The notes under the pieces were generated by a model. The model saw only the letters and a list, made by a program, of their open reading frames with translations. It searched no databases and had not been told where the DNA came from. Source: an uncultured cyanobacterium (lineage in GTDB: Bacteria > Cyanobacteriota > Cyanobacteriia > Cyanobacteriales > CAWUOF01). Taken from it: a stretch of 64,000 nucleotides of DNA. Where the stretch lies: positions 3,840,001 to 3,904,000 of the forward strand of contig CAVUSO010000001.1 of the NCBI GenBank assembly GCA_963744145.1. The letters run 5' to 3'. Below are positions 1 to 10,665 of the stretch, piece after piece. The position numbers and the translations under genes are program-made. How positions within the stretch are numbered: position 1 is the stretch's first letter; every line of letters begins with the position of its first letter.

Positions 1-3000
1 TTCTAGTTGGTTGAATGTTTGCACCTCAGTTGAGTTTTCTGATTGCTCATATACCCATTCCAATTCCAGATATTTTTGTAAAGTTAGGAATAATTGTTTG
101 ATTTCTACAGGTTTAGATAAAAAATCATTACAACCTGCTTTGATTGCTAGGTTTTGGTCAGCTAAAGAAACGCTAGCTGAACAAGCAATCATCGGAATCT
201 TTTCTGAATAGGATTGACGAATTTTTCGGGCAAATTCATAACCATCCATCACGGGCATACCGATATCAGTAATGATAAAATCTGGTGAAAAAGATGAGAT
301 TCTGGCTAATCCTTCGACACCATTTTCTGCTTCCGCAACTGTAAACCCAAGCGGTTCTAATAGATTGACAATTACCGCTCGATTTTCCCAGCGATCGTCT
401 ACCACTAAAATCTGTTTTTTCTCCCCCTTATAGCTAATAATATTACCCGCTCCAATGGTTTTTTCTTGTACCCATTCATCATGCAATGGTAATTCCACTT
501 CAAAAAAGAATTTACTACCTATTCCCAGTTTACTTTCAACTTGAATTTGTCCTCCCATTAACTTCACAATTTGCTGACTAATCGCTAGTCCTAATCCTGT
601 CCCTTCTGCTTGACGCTGGCGATCGCCTACTTGCTCAAATGCTCGGAATAATTTTTGGAGATCTTGGTTACTAATCCCGACTCCTGTATCGATAACTGAA
701 AAACGCAAACGAGTAGAAGACAATAGTCTCTGAGACTTACCTTGATGGTTTACGGACTGTACCCTAAGTTTACCCTGATGGTAGAGAAGTTCCGGTGGAA
801 CCTCTGGACAGAGTGGAGTGGAAGGGTGGAGTCGTAGAGCGGAGTCGAAGTGGTCAAAGGGGTCAAAGGGGTCAAAGAGTTGATGATTATTTGAGTCTAA
901 TTGTTCAACTTTTAGGATAACACTACCTCGATCAGTAAATTTAATGGCATTACCCAACAGATTAATTAATACTTGTCGCAAACGTTTTTCATCAGCAATA
1001 ATACCCCTAGGTAAATTGGGATCTGGTTCGTAGCTGAAATCAATATTTTTCTGTTGAGCGCGGATTTGGGAGATTTCTACAACTCCCTGTAATAGAGAAG
1101 GTAAATGGATATTATTGTAAGCGAGTTCAAGTTTACGAGCTTCAATTTTGGAGATGTCGAGAATATCATTAATTAAGGTGAGTAGGTGAGAGCCGCACTG
1201 GTGAATGACGTTAATTTCCTGAAGTTGTTTCTCGGGGAGAATTTTAGAGCGTCCGAGAATTTGAGCATAGCCCAAGATCCCATTCAGGGGTGTACGTAAT
1301 TCATGGCTCATATTAGCCAGAAACTCACTTTTTGCTTGATTAGCATTATCAGCTTTTTTCTTGGCTTCTTCTAGTTCAATTTCTGCTCTTTTGCGTTCTG
1401 TGATTTCATCTTGAAGTTGACTATTTTGGCGATCGAGTTCTGCTTCTGCTAGTTGTCTACTTTCTTCACTTAGTACAAACAACCAACAACCAATACCCAT
1501 CAATACCACCAGTGGGACATACAACTCGAGTAAGAAAAAAATCGAGACGGGGGAACCACTAAAGGATTTGTGGTAGTAACTTAAACCAAATACTATGGCA
1601 GTAACACTAGACAACAGCAAGAAAAACTCTGCAAACTTAGTCAACCTCGATCCCAATAAGGGATGGATCTTATCTGAAAAATTTCTCTGGATTAGCTCTT
1701 GTAAGAGTTGATCTAAAGTCTGATGATCAGGTTTACAGCGATCGTGGCAGCGAGCATCCAGACTGCAACAGAGGGAACAGATCGGACCTACATACATCGG
1801 ACAGTAAGCAGTATCTGGGATCTCATAATCTTGTTCACATACGCAACAAGTGATTAAATCTTTGCCATCAAAGGTAGTGGCTTGATGATTTTTTCTAGCA
1901 ATATAATATTTACCTTTAGTCGCGATCGCTATGATTGGGGAGAGGACAAAGGCAATTCCTAGAGCCAAAAAGGGGGCGTAAGCTTGAGGATAAGGTCCAA
2001 AAATCCCTACAAAAGCCAGGATCGAAATGATTGAAGCAATCACCATTGACCCAAAACCCACAGGATTAAAATTATACAGGTATGCCCGCTTAAACTCGAT
2101 ATAACTGGGACTCAAACCAAGAGGTTTATTAATTACTAAATCAGCTACTAATGCTCCCACCCAAGCGATCGCGACGTTAGAATACAGCCCCAATACGGTT
2201 TCTAGGGTTTCAAATACTCCCATTTCCATCAAGAGCAGGGCGATCGCGACATTAAATACTAAATATACTACCCGTCCTGGATGACTATGGGTGAGACGAG
2301 AGAAAAAGTTAGACCAAGCTAGGGAACCCGCATAAGCATTGGTGACATTGATTTTAATTTGGGAAATAATTACAAATAGGGTCCCGATCGTTAGCACTAA
2401 TTCATGGTTGCTAAACAGATCAGCAAATCCCCCCAAATACATCATGATCGGTTGTTTAGCGTTGGCGATCGTCAAACCGTGATGAATTGCCAAAGTAGCC
2501 AAAAATGCCCCACCGAGCTGCTTGGCTCCACCAATGATGATCCAACCTGGGCCAGCCAAAATTACTGCTAACCACCATTGCCAATGATTATCCTGACGTT
2601 TTTCTGGTAAAAATCTGAGGTAGTCTACCTGTTCTCCCAACTGAGCAATTAAGGAAAATGAGACTGTTGCTGCGGTGCCAAACAGTAGGGGATTAAAGCC
2701 CGAACTTCCACTCACTGTTCCCGCAAAATGAACCCAATTACTAATTGCATCTGGTTCTTTGTAGACAATACTTATATAGGGAGCAATCATTAAGAGTAGC
2801 CAAATTCCCTGACTCCACAATTGCAATTTACTAATCAGAGTAATCCCGTAGAATACCAAGGGAATAATCAGCAAAGAACAGAGCAAATAACCCCAAACTA
2901 AGGGCAAATGGAAATATAATTGTAGTGCTTGCGCCATAATTGCCGCTTCTAGGGCAAAGAAAATGAAGGTAAATGACGCATAGATTAAAGATGTGATGGT

Positions 3001-3369
3001 CGAACCAATATAACCAAATCCTGCTCCTCTGGTGAGTAAGTCTATATCAATGTTGTACTTGGCCGCGTAGTAAACAATCGGTAGCCCAGTAATAAATATA
3101 ATTATCCCCACCAAAATAATCGCCCAAAAGGAGTTAGTAAAACCATAATTGATTACTAACGAACCACCGATCGCTTCCAATGCTAGGAACGAGATCCCCC
3201 CCAAGGCAGTATTGACCACAAAGAATTCTGACCATTTGCGAAAGGACTTTGGTGCATAGCGGAGCGAATAATCTTCTAAGGTTTCATTTGCTACCCATGT
3301 ATTATACTCCCGTCGTTCTTTAACTACTGATTTAACAACGCTACTAACTACATTGCTTTGGGATTTCAT
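1..3369 (-). CDS. Hybrid sensor histidine kinase/response regulator with N-terminal permease-like (NCS1-type) membrane domain; runs off the window at the 3' end
   Basis: Absent from the ORF track; segments translated by hand share one frame from the ATG at 3369 (MKSQSNVV...RREYNTWVANETLEDYSLRYAP). Many TM segments, Cys cluster CCVC..CSLCCSLDARCHDRC, H-box [16 protein letters not shown]-box [22 protein letters not shown], receiver ILVVDD. Confidence 0.9.
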   Translation of the reverse strand, partial: MKSQSNVVSSVVKSVVKERREYNTWVANETLEDYSLRYAPKSFRKWSEFFVVNTALGGISFLALEAIGGSLVINYGFTNSFWAIILVGIIIFITGLPIVYYAAKYNIDIDLLTRGAGFGYIGSTITSLIYASFTFIFFALEAAIMAQALQLYFHLPLVWGYLLCSLLIIPLVFYGITLISKLQLWSQGIWLLLMIAPYISIVYKEPDAISNWVHFAGTVSGSSGFNPLLFGTAATVSFSLIAQLGEQVDYLRFLPEKRQDNHWQWWLAVILAGPGWIIIGGAKQLGGAFLATLAIHHGLTIANAKQPIMMYLGGFADLFSNHELVLTIGTLFVIISQIKINVTNAYAGSLAWSNFFSRLTHSHPGRVVYLVFNVAIALLLMEMGVFETLETVLGLYSNVAIAWVGALVADLVINKPLGLSPSYIEFKRAYLYNFNPVGFGSMVIASIISILAFVGIFGPYPQAYAPFLALGIAFVLSPIIAIATKGKYYIARKNHQATTFDGKDLITCCVCEQDYEIPDTAYCPMYVGPICSLCCSLDARCHDRCKPDHQTLDQLLQELIQRNFSDKIHPLLGSRLTKFAEFFLLLSSVTAIVFGLSYYHKSFSGSPVSIFFLLELYVPLVVLMGIGCWLFVLSEESRQLAEAELDRQNSQLQDEITERKRAEIELEEAKKKADNANQAKSEFLANMSHELRTPLNGILGYAQILGRSKILPEKQLQEINVIHQCGSHLLTLINDILDISKIEARKLELAYNNIHLPSLLQGVVEISQIRAQQKNIDFSYEPDPNLPRGIIADEKRLRQVLINLLGNAIKFTDRGSVILKVEQLDSNNHQLFDPFDPFDHFDSALRLHPSTPLCPEVPPELLYHQGKLRVQSVNHQGKSQRLLSSTRLRFSVIDTGVGISNQDLQKLFRAFEQVGDRQRQAEGTGLGLAISQQIVKLMGGQIQVESKLGIGSKFFFEVELPLHDEWVQEKTIGAGNIISYKGEKKQILVVDDRWENRAVIVNLLEPLGFTVAEAENGVEGLARISSFSPDFIITDIGMPVMDGYEFARKIRQSYSEKIPMIACSASVSLADQNLAIKAGCNDFLSKPVEIKQLFLTLQKYLELEWVYEQSENSTEVQTFNQLE

Positions 3370-3699
3370 AATTTTGTGATTTTAAGATGGCGATAAATGT
3401 AGTTTTTATAACAATCAAAGGTTAAAACCGTTACTGAGCAGTTCCGGTTCTTTCATATCAAGACTCGGAAATTATAGCACTAAGCCTGTACTTATAGGAA
3501 AGTTTACCCACATATATATCTTATACAACCTTATTTAGTACAATATTTTTGTGATGTAGAAGACAATTTAATTGACTATGATCCAGATCACTCGGAATAC
3601 CGATATGAATTACACCGATCAGCTATTGTTCAAAGGCATTGACTACGGTAGCATAATTATGATATTTTGATGAAAAATAGCTGGTTGATTAAGTTTATT

Positions 3700-3990
3700 A
3701 ATAATATCAACCAAGTTTTGGATAAATTGGACAAATTTAACGTCTTAATCCTGGAAGTTGCTAATAAAATAGAAATGCTTCTAACAAATAAAAAAAATCT
3801 TCCTATCTTGAAGGTAATCCTGGTACCTAGGTTTGCTATTAAACTACCAGCAAATAAATTTTCTAGCGGTAATATTTCCATAAATGACATGGCAAATAAG
3901 CTCATCAACTGTCCTTGTTGATCATGATTATCTACCCAAGTTGAAAAAACTGTATTTTTAGATACTATTTGCCTAATTAAGCCAAACCTA
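3700..3990 (-). pseudogene. Degenerate fragment of the MFS transporter C-terminus (paralogue of 6085-7353)
   Basis: MMSLFAMSFMEILPLENLFAGSL aligns with LMSLFTMSFMGMMPIGSLFFGSL; DNA 3930-3990 resembles 6316-6375. Confidence 0.7.
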
Positions 3991-4049
3991 ATCCCTCTTT
4001 TGTTAAACTGCGGTAAAATCTTAATTGTCCTTTGGCAATCCTCAGAAAA

Positions 4050-4649
4050 ATGTCTAGATTACCTCTATCTGTAGGTGCGATCGCGCCTAAGTTTATTTTA
4101 CCTCATCATCATTTTCAAGATGTTAAGTATACATATTTTACGGGTAAACCTTTAGTGTTGCTTTTCTCCGGAACAGATCAATATGATGCAGCTATTGAAC
4201 AAATTTGCTTATGGAGAGATTTATATTCTGAAATTGAAGCATTAGGTGGTAATGTCGCTAGTATTACTATTGATTCGATAGAGTCTTGATGCGAAATTAT
4301 GAATCGATACGAAGATTTAAAAGTGATTTGCTATGATAGCGATCGCGGTGGTTATTTTCGACCTCATCGGGACAATACTACTCCTGGAACTGCTCATCGA
4401 AAATTTGCCATGAGTATTAATTTGAATGTGGGAGAATACGAAGGAGGATATTTAAGATTTCCTGAATATGGACTCCATTTATATAAACCAGAAACAGGTA
4501 GTGCAGTAATCTTTTCTTGCTCTCTCTTACATGAAGTTACTGATATTACATCGGGTAGAAGTTTTGCGCTGACAGCGTTTATTTATAGCGATCAGGAAGA
4601 CAGTTTACGTGCCAAAAATGTTAATACTATTATCCTTTTCATGAGATGA
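4050..4649 (+). pseudogene. Internally deleted copy of the redoxin/2OG-Fe(II) oxygenase gene
   Basis: Near-identical to the N- and C-terminal parts of 4899-6041; CGA>TGA stop at 4287-4289 and about 500 bp missing at about 4297. Confidence 0.9.
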
Positions 4650-4898
4650 CAGGGAGAAACTAGAGCAGAGTCCAATTTTGGCGATCGTCCCAAGCTAATC
4701 GATCGCGACTATTTACAAAAATTTACCTAAAATATCTTTAATCTACCTAAAAACTGCGCTAAAATAACTCGGCTTGGCACAAAAAAAAAACTCCGTGCTG
4801 ATTTTAATAGCACTAAAGTCCTGAATCCAAACTTTCTTTAATTAGTTCAATCTCCTCAACAAATTTTCTGCCAAAATTCGCTGTCCTTTTACAACAAT

Positions 4899-6041
4899 AT
4901 GCAAACCTTATCTAGATTACCCCTATCGACAGGTGCGATCGCACCTAAGTTTATTGTGACTAATCATCATGAGCAAAATGTTAAGTATACATACTTTACG
5001 GGTAAACCTTTAGTATTGCTTTTCTCTGGAACAGATCAACGTGACGCAACCATTGAGCAACTTTGCTTATGGAGAGATTTATATGCTGAAATCGAAGCAT
5101 TAGGTGGTAATGTTGCTAGTATTACGATGGATTCGGTAGAGTCTCGATGCGAAATCGCGAAAAAGCACAATATTCCGTTTTTTTTAATGACAGATAGTCA
5201 AGCAGAAGTAAGTGGAGCTTTTGGTGTTTGTGAACCTACTACTATCAATGGACAAAAAGGACTCATATTTCATCGGGAAATATTTCTGATTGATTATAAC
5301 TGGAGAATTCTAAAAATTTATGATCAAGTAGATCCCCAATCTGATGCTTTACAAATAATTGCGGAGCTGAAAAAGTTAGTTTCGATCGAACCACCACGTC
5401 AAATTTTGTTACAAGCACCGGTCTTGTTAATTCCCCATGTTTTAGATGAAGACTTTTGTCGCAAGCTAATTAACATTTGGGAACATAACGGTAACTCTGA
5501 TTCTGGTTTTATGATGCAAATCGGTGATAAAACTGTCGGAATGTATGACTACAGTCATAAAATTAGAAATGATCATGTTCTTGAGGAGATCGAAGAAAGT
5601 CAACATGTAAGAAACTGTATTTCTGAGCGAGTTTCCCGAGAAATATGGAAAGCATTTAACTATAATATGAATCGATGCGAAGATTATAAAGTGGTTTGCT
5701 ACGATAGCGATCGCGGTGGTTATTTTCGACCTCATCGGGACAATACTACCCCCGGAACTGCTCATCGAAAGTTTGCTATGACTATTAATTTGAATGTGGG
5801 AGAATACGAAGGAGGATATTTAAGATTTCCTGAATATGGACCCCATTTATATAAACCAGAAACAGGTAGTGCAGTAATCTTTTCTTGCTCTCTCTTACAT
5901 GAAGTTACTGATATTACATCGGGTAGACGTTTTGCACTTACATCATTTCTTTATAGCGATCGGGAAGAAAGTTTACGGATAGAAAATGAGCATACGATTA
6001 TACCTGATGTGAGCAGAGAAAAGAATAGTCCTAATTCTTAG
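4899..6041 (+). CDS. AhpC/TSA (redoxin)-like domain fused to a 2OG-Fe(II) oxygenase
   Basis: Thioredoxin-fold N-terminus (GAIAPKF..GKPLVLLF); HRD...H facial triad (PHRDN, LLHEV) and the 2OG-binding Arg (GRRF). Confidence 0.85.
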   Translation: MQTLSRLPLSTGAIAPKFIVTNHHEQNVKYTYFTGKPLVLLFSGTDQRDATIEQLCLWRDLYAEIEALGGNVASITMDSVESRCEIAKKHNIPFFLMTDSQAEVSGAFGVCEPTTINGQKGLIFHREIFLIDYNWRILKIYDQVDPQSDALQIIAELKKLVSIEPPRQILLQAPVLLIPHVLDEDFCRKLINIWEHNGNSDSGFMMQIGDKTVGMYDYSHKIRNDHVLEEIEESQHVRNCISERVSREIWKAFNYNMNRCEDYKVVCYDSDRGGYFRPHRDNTTPGTAHRKFAMTINLNVGEYEGGYLRFPEYGPHLYKPETGSAVIFSCSLLHEVTDITSGRRFALTSFLYSDREESLRIENEHTIIPDVSREKNSPNS

Positions 6042-6084
6042 TAGACAAATAGTATTTTGATTGTTGATCGGGGCAAACTGAACT

Positions 6085-7353
6085 TTATTGTTCATATAAA
6101 CCAAGCTTGGTATAAACCGGACGAATAAAATGTCTTAATTGTGGTAGCTGTTGGTAAAACAGGAAAGAGCCTAATAGACAGAATAATCCCCCTATTCTGA
6201 GGGTATTGGGGGCACCGATATGATTAGCTAAACTCCCAAAAAATAAACTTCCGATCGGCATCATTCCCATAAAGGACATGGTAAACAAACTCATTAAACG
6301 TCCTCGTTTATCCTCATCTACCAAAGTTTGTAAAACCGTATTACTGGATGCTATTTGCATGATTGAGCCAAACCCAACTAGCAACAATACTAACTCCGAT
6401 AACCAAAAAGTTTGAGAAAGTGAAAAAATAATTAGACCAGTGCCCAAAATAGCTGGGGCAAAAGTAATAATCTTAACTAATCCTAATACACTCGGTCTCA
6501 AACTTAAATAAATTCCACCGATTAATGCTCCGATTCCTGATGCTGACATTAAAAACCCAAGAGTATCCGCACCACCATGAAGAATATCTTTGGCAAAAAT
6601 AGGTATTAAAGTAGTATAAGGCATTCCCACAAAACTGACAAAAGCCAACAGCATTAAAATAGAGCGAATGGGGGGAAAACTAAAAGCATAAACAAATCCT
6701 TCTTTTAATTTTTCCCAGGGATTAGTATTGGTAATAGTTATTTTGCTGGGTTTAATATTCATCATTAAAAGCGCAATGATCACCGCAATATAGCTAATCC
6801 CGTCAATCAAAAAACACATCCCTGTTCCTACCGCAGCAATTAAAACACCACCGATCGCCGGTCCGATTAATCTAGCTCCGTTAAACATTGAAGAATTCAA
6901 AGCGATCGCATTACCCAAGTATTCTTTTTTCTCTACCATTTGGGTTAGAAATGACTGACGTGCTGGGATATCAAAAGCACTAACTACTCCTTGAAAGATA
7001 CTCAAGCAAATAATCTGCCAAATTTGGATTGTACCTGTTAATGCCAAAACTGCCAATGCTAAGGATTGGAGCATGGACAGAACTTGAGTAATGACAATAA
7101 TATGATGACGATTGACGCGATCGGCTAAGATCCCACCCATAGGAGATAACAGAAAACTGGGGATTTGTCCAGAAAATCCGACTAAACCTAACCATAACGG
7201 GGAATTAGTCAAATGATAAACTAGCCAAACCGTAGCGATGTTAGTCATCCAAGTACCAATGACCGAAATTCCTTGTCCGATAAAGAAAAGACGTAAATTT
7301 CGGGAATCAAATGTTCTGAGAATTGGCTGTAATTTAAAGATATATGTAGCCAT
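6085..7353 (-). CDS. MFS transporter (about 12 TM)
   Basis: Hydrophobic helices, motif GGILADRVNR. Confidence 0.9.
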   Translation of the reverse strand: MATYIFKLQPILRTFDSRNLRLFFIGQGISVIGTWMTNIATVWLVYHLTNSPLWLGLVGFSGQIPSFLLSPMGGILADRVNRHHIIVITQVLSMLQSLALAVLALTGTIQIWQIICLSIFQGVVSAFDIPARQSFLTQMVEKKEYLGNAIALNSSMFNGARLIGPAIGGVLIAAVGTGMCFLIDGISYIAVIIALLMMNIKPSKITITNTNPWEKLKEGFVYAFSFPPIRSILMLLAFVSFVGMPYTTLIPIFAKDILHGGADTLGFLMSASGIGALIGGIYLSLRPSVLGLVKIITFAPAILGTGLIIFSLSQTFWLSELVLLLVGFGSIMQIASSNTVLQTLVDEDKRGRLMSLFTMSFMGMMPIGSLFFGSLANHIGAPNTLRIGGLFCLLGSFLFYQQLPQLRHFIRPVYTKLGLYEQ

Positions 7354-7363
7354 GGGTCGGTAG

Positions 7364-7585
7364 TTATATTCTATCCCTTCTCACAATGAATGAATCATCA
7401 TGATCATGGGAAATTTTCAAAGCTTGAGCTGCTTGAAATGCAGATTTGGGATCTGGATATGGACCGGACCAGAAATATTCTTTAATTAGGGTATCTGTTC
7501 CGGACAGAGAACCATAGGTGAGATAATAAACGCTGTAAAGTTCCCTGGTATTATTAGGCATGGTTTTAGTGAGCATAATTCGCAT
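7364..7585 (-). CDS. Small hypothetical protein
   Basis: Co-directional ORF filling the gap between the HlyD and MFS genes. Confidence 0.4.
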   Translation of the reverse strand: MRIMLTKTMPNNTRELYSVYYLTYGSLSGTDTLIKEYFWSGPYPDPKSAFQAAQALKISHDHDDSFIVRRDRI

Positions 7586-7646
7586 TTTCCCAATCAGATC
7601 TAAAATTAAAGTTTCCTTTTTATTTTATTACCTAATTGGTACATTG

Positions 7647-9206
7647 CTATTTAAGCTCTACATTCACAATGGCTGACATCCCTGGGGTAATACGTTCTTC
7701 GTATCCTTTAATACTGGCAGCATCAAAAACAATTTTGACTGGAATGCGTTGCACGACTTTAGTAAAATTACCAGTAGCATTATCTGGAGGTAATAAAGCA
7801 AACTGAGCCCCAGATGCAGGAGATAAACTATCAATATGTCCTAAGAAAGTTTGCTGGGGGAAAGCATCAATCTTAATTTCTACTGGTTGTCCTACTTTCA
7901 TTTTGGCTAATTGGGTTTCTTTAAAATTAGCCACCACCCAATCATCATTACCAACAAGTGCCATTAATGGAGTCCCCGTTTGGACTTGTTGTCCGACTTC
8001 TACAGTTTTGCGACCAATGCGCCCAGCGATCGGAGCCACAATATTAGTATAAGATAATTGCAGTTGGGCATCTTTCAGTGCAGCTTCCGCTTGGGCGATC
8101 GCTGAATTAGCTGCTTGGTAATTAGCACGATTAACTTGAGTTTGTTGTCCTTTAGCAGTCGCTTGTTCCACTCCTCCTTTGGCTGAAGCTAGTTTAGCTT
8201 GAGCTGAAGCAACTCCTTCTTGCGCTTGAGCTAGTTTAGCTTGAGCTGAAGCAACTCCTTGTTTGGCTTGAGCAACTTCAGCGATGGCTTTAGTGACATT
8301 TTCTTGAGCTGCTGATACCCGCGCTTTTGCTTGTTGAATACCTTGGAGAGCAGCATTTTTTTGCGCTTCACTTACTTCGTAGCTAGCTTTAGCCCCATCA
8401 AGTTGTTGACGAGAAATTGCACCAGACTCATATAAACTGTTATAGCGATCGTAATTAGCTTTAGTATTTTCTAAATTCGCTTCTACTTGGGCTAACTGAG
8501 CTTCGGCCGCCGGAACCCCCGATTCTGCTTCTTGCAGCGCCGCTTGGGCCGCTGGTACTCCTGATTCTGCTTGCGCCACCACAGCTTGGGCCGCAGGAAT
8601 ACCTGATTCCGCTTCCTGAACTGTGGCAATTGCTGTAGAAATCGCCGCTTGGGCCGCACCTACATCCCCTTGAGCTTGAGTATTACTAGCTTGGGCAGTT
8701 TCTGAAGCTAGGGCAATGTTAGATTGGGCTGCATTTGCTTGTCTACTTGCAGCTTCTAGTGCTGCTTGGGATTGCTGTAATTTTACTTGATAGTCTCGCG
8801 GATCAAGTTTAACCAACAAGTCTCCTGGTTTAACTATCTGGTTATCCTTGACTAATACATCGCTCACTGTGCCATTAATTCGGGTGCTGATCTGATGAAT
8901 ATGTCCGACTACAGTAGCGTTGTCAGTTTCTTGGTGCCTAGAACTATATTGCCAATAGTTGTATCCGTAATATCCCAGAGTTGCTAGTACACCTGCTCCT
9001 AACAATCCTAAAATTAAACGCTTTGGCTCTTTTTTCGGTGGTACTGGTGATTGTCTGACTAGCAGTTCTTCTGCTTCCAGATTAACTTCAGTGATGTTCT
9101 TGGATGCACTTTGTGGTTCCACCGTGAAGACCACTGCTTGGTCAATCGGTTTTTCCTCTAGAGCGATCGCTCTGTGTCCGTTTAGTGATACCTTGTGGTT
9201 TTCCAT
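7647..9206 (-). CDS. HlyD/EmrA-family efflux membrane fusion protein
   Basis: Single TM, ETDNATV, long Ala/Gln coiled coil, FALLPPDNATGNFTKVVQRIPV. Confidence 0.93.
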   Translation of the reverse strand: MENHKVSLNGHRAIALEEKPIDQAVVFTVEPQSASKNITEVNLEAEELLVRQSPVPPKKEPKRLILGLLGAGVLATLGYYGYNYWQYSSRHQETDNATVVGHIHQISTRINGTVSDVLVKDNQIVKPGDLLVKLDPRDYQVKLQQSQAALEAASRQANAAQSNIALASETAQASNTQAQGDVGAAQAAISTAIATVQEAESGIPAAQAVVAQAESGVPAAQAALQEAESGVPAAEAQLAQVEANLENTKANYDRYNSLYESGAISRQQLDGAKASYEVSEAQKNAALQGIQQAKARVSAAQENVTKAIAEVAQAKQGVASAQAKLAQAQEGVASAQAKLASAKGGVEQATAKGQQTQVNRANYQAANSAIAQAEAALKDAQLQLSYTNIVAPIAGRIGRKTVEVGQQVQTGTPLMALVGNDDWVVANFKETQLAKMKVGQPVEIKIDAFPQQTFLGHIDSLSPASGAQFALLPPDNATGNFTKVVQRIPVKIVFDAASIKGYEERITPGMSAIVNVELK

Positions 9207-9361
9207 TACCTTGATCTCCTGGCTAATTAAAAATTTATTTAGGGGCTTAGTTCATGTAAATTAAGGATTCGTTTATTTCGTATCCGTAATATCATGGTAT
9301 GCCAGGAAATGATCTGACTACTTCACCCGATGGGATGAACTGAAATATAGTAAGGTAGCAA

Positions 9362-9829
9362 TTAGGCTAAATTAGCGATCATTAGGTCAATAAGTTGTGA
9401 AAGTCGCTCACGTTCAGCCAGAGGAATACCTTGCATCGCTTGTTCTCGCAATTCAATCGCGATCGGGGGCAAAATATTTTGCAGCTCTTTACCAGATTCA
9501 GTGAGCCAAATGCGCCAGATCCGGCGATCGCGTCCGTCCCTTTCTCTGTAGATCAGTCCACGTTCTTCCATTCGATCTAAAACTCCAGTTAAGGTTCCAC
9601 CTACTTGTTGGAGTTTTTCACCAATACTACAAGTCGCTAACCCATCTTCTTCCCAGAGACAGCATAGCACGATCCAATGAAATGGGGTCAGACCATAAGG
9701 CTCTAACCGCTCAGAGAATTTACGACTCGAAAGCTGGGATAATAATTTGATCCGATAGCCTAAGCTATAGGGTGCTAGAATCGTATCCCATGTGGCCAAA
9801 TGGTTAGAAACAACTGAATTAGAAATCAT
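9362..9829 (-). CDS. MarR-family transcriptional regulator
   Basis: TLTGVLDRMEERGLIYRERDGRDRRIWRIWLT winged helix. Confidence 0.93.
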   Translation of the reverse strand: MISNSVVSNHLATWDTILAPYSLGYRIKLLSQLSSRKFSERLEPYGLTPFHWIVLCCLWEEDGLATCSIGEKLQQVGGTLTGVLDRMEERGLIYRERDGRDRRIWRIWLTESGKELQNILPPIAIELREQAMQGIPLAERERLSQLIDLMIANLA

Positions 9830-9902
9830 ACAAATTTACTTAGGGTGCGTAGTATTAGTATACCACCTTTTTTTAGGTGATCAGTATAATGTTTAAAAAT
9901 GG

Positions 9903-10550
9903 TTAGTCGGTAAGAGACAAGAGAGATACTTCCAGTTTATTCGCAATTCCTGCGATCCAGTTTTCATCTTGCTGAGTATAACTGCGGGGAGCATTAGCAC
10001 CTAAAATCATTGCTCCTTGATGACCAATAGGTTGACAGATCACACCTTGAGTATTTTCGGGTAAATAGTTAAATTCGATTTTGCCAGGATAAATTTTGAG
10101 ATCAACTAGATAGACTGGTTTTTGTTGATCTAATACTCGCTGTAAAATTTGACCTGGTTGGACATGGGCGTTAGGTCCCAAAATGCCCCGTCTTAAGAGG
10201 ACTTTTCCTTGATAATATATGACCAGCGATCGGGTGACTGTATTAGTTAGTAATAAATGGGAAGCCCAAGCTAGTTCGGTTTTCAGATTATCGGGTAATT
10301 CTGATGCTAGTTCAAATCCTTCTGCTCCAATTAAATTTACTATATCGGGCGATCGGGGTTGGACTCGTTGCCATAATAACCCAACTAAAATTAATACAGC
10401 ACTTAAAATCACCCCTAGTACATCGGAGCGAGATTGGGAGTTGGTTAGCTGAGGTGTGAAGGTGCGATTGATCAGTAATAGCACCCCTGCTAACCCACCA
10501 ACTACTATGGGGAGCAGTCGGAGAATTTGATTTGGATCTGATTTAGTCAT
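9903..10550 (-). CDS. Cofactor assembly of complex C subunit B (CCB2/CCB4 family)
   Basis: Two TM segments, SQSRSDVLG, GAF-like C-terminus YLPENTQGVICQPIG. Confidence 0.8.
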   Translation of the reverse strand: MTKSDPNQILRLLPIVVGGLAGVLLLINRTFTPQLTNSQSRSDVLGVILSAVLILVGLLWQRVQPRSPDIVNLIGAEGFELASELPDNLKTELAWASHLLLTNTVTRSLVIYYQGKVLLRRGILGPNAHVQPGQILQRVLDQQKPVYLVDLKIYPGKIEFNYLPENTQGVICQPIGHQGAMILGANAPRSYTQQDENWIAGIANKLEVSLLSLTD

Positions 10551-10665
10551 GTTTATTGTTGCGATAAGGGCGCTGAAGCGCAACTACATACCTAAAAATA
10601 ATATATTTTCTTCTCTAACTGAACTGTATTTTATTATGGCGATCGCACCAATCTACCAACAAGCT

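Noticed and set aside
3550..3565. NtcA-like TGT-N10-ACA site upstream of the permease-kinase
   Set aside because: Weak match, and no -10 element at the expected 22-23 nt spacing
8080..8760. Internal repeats in the HlyD gene
   Set aside because: Ordinary coiled-coil expansion in membrane fusion proteins
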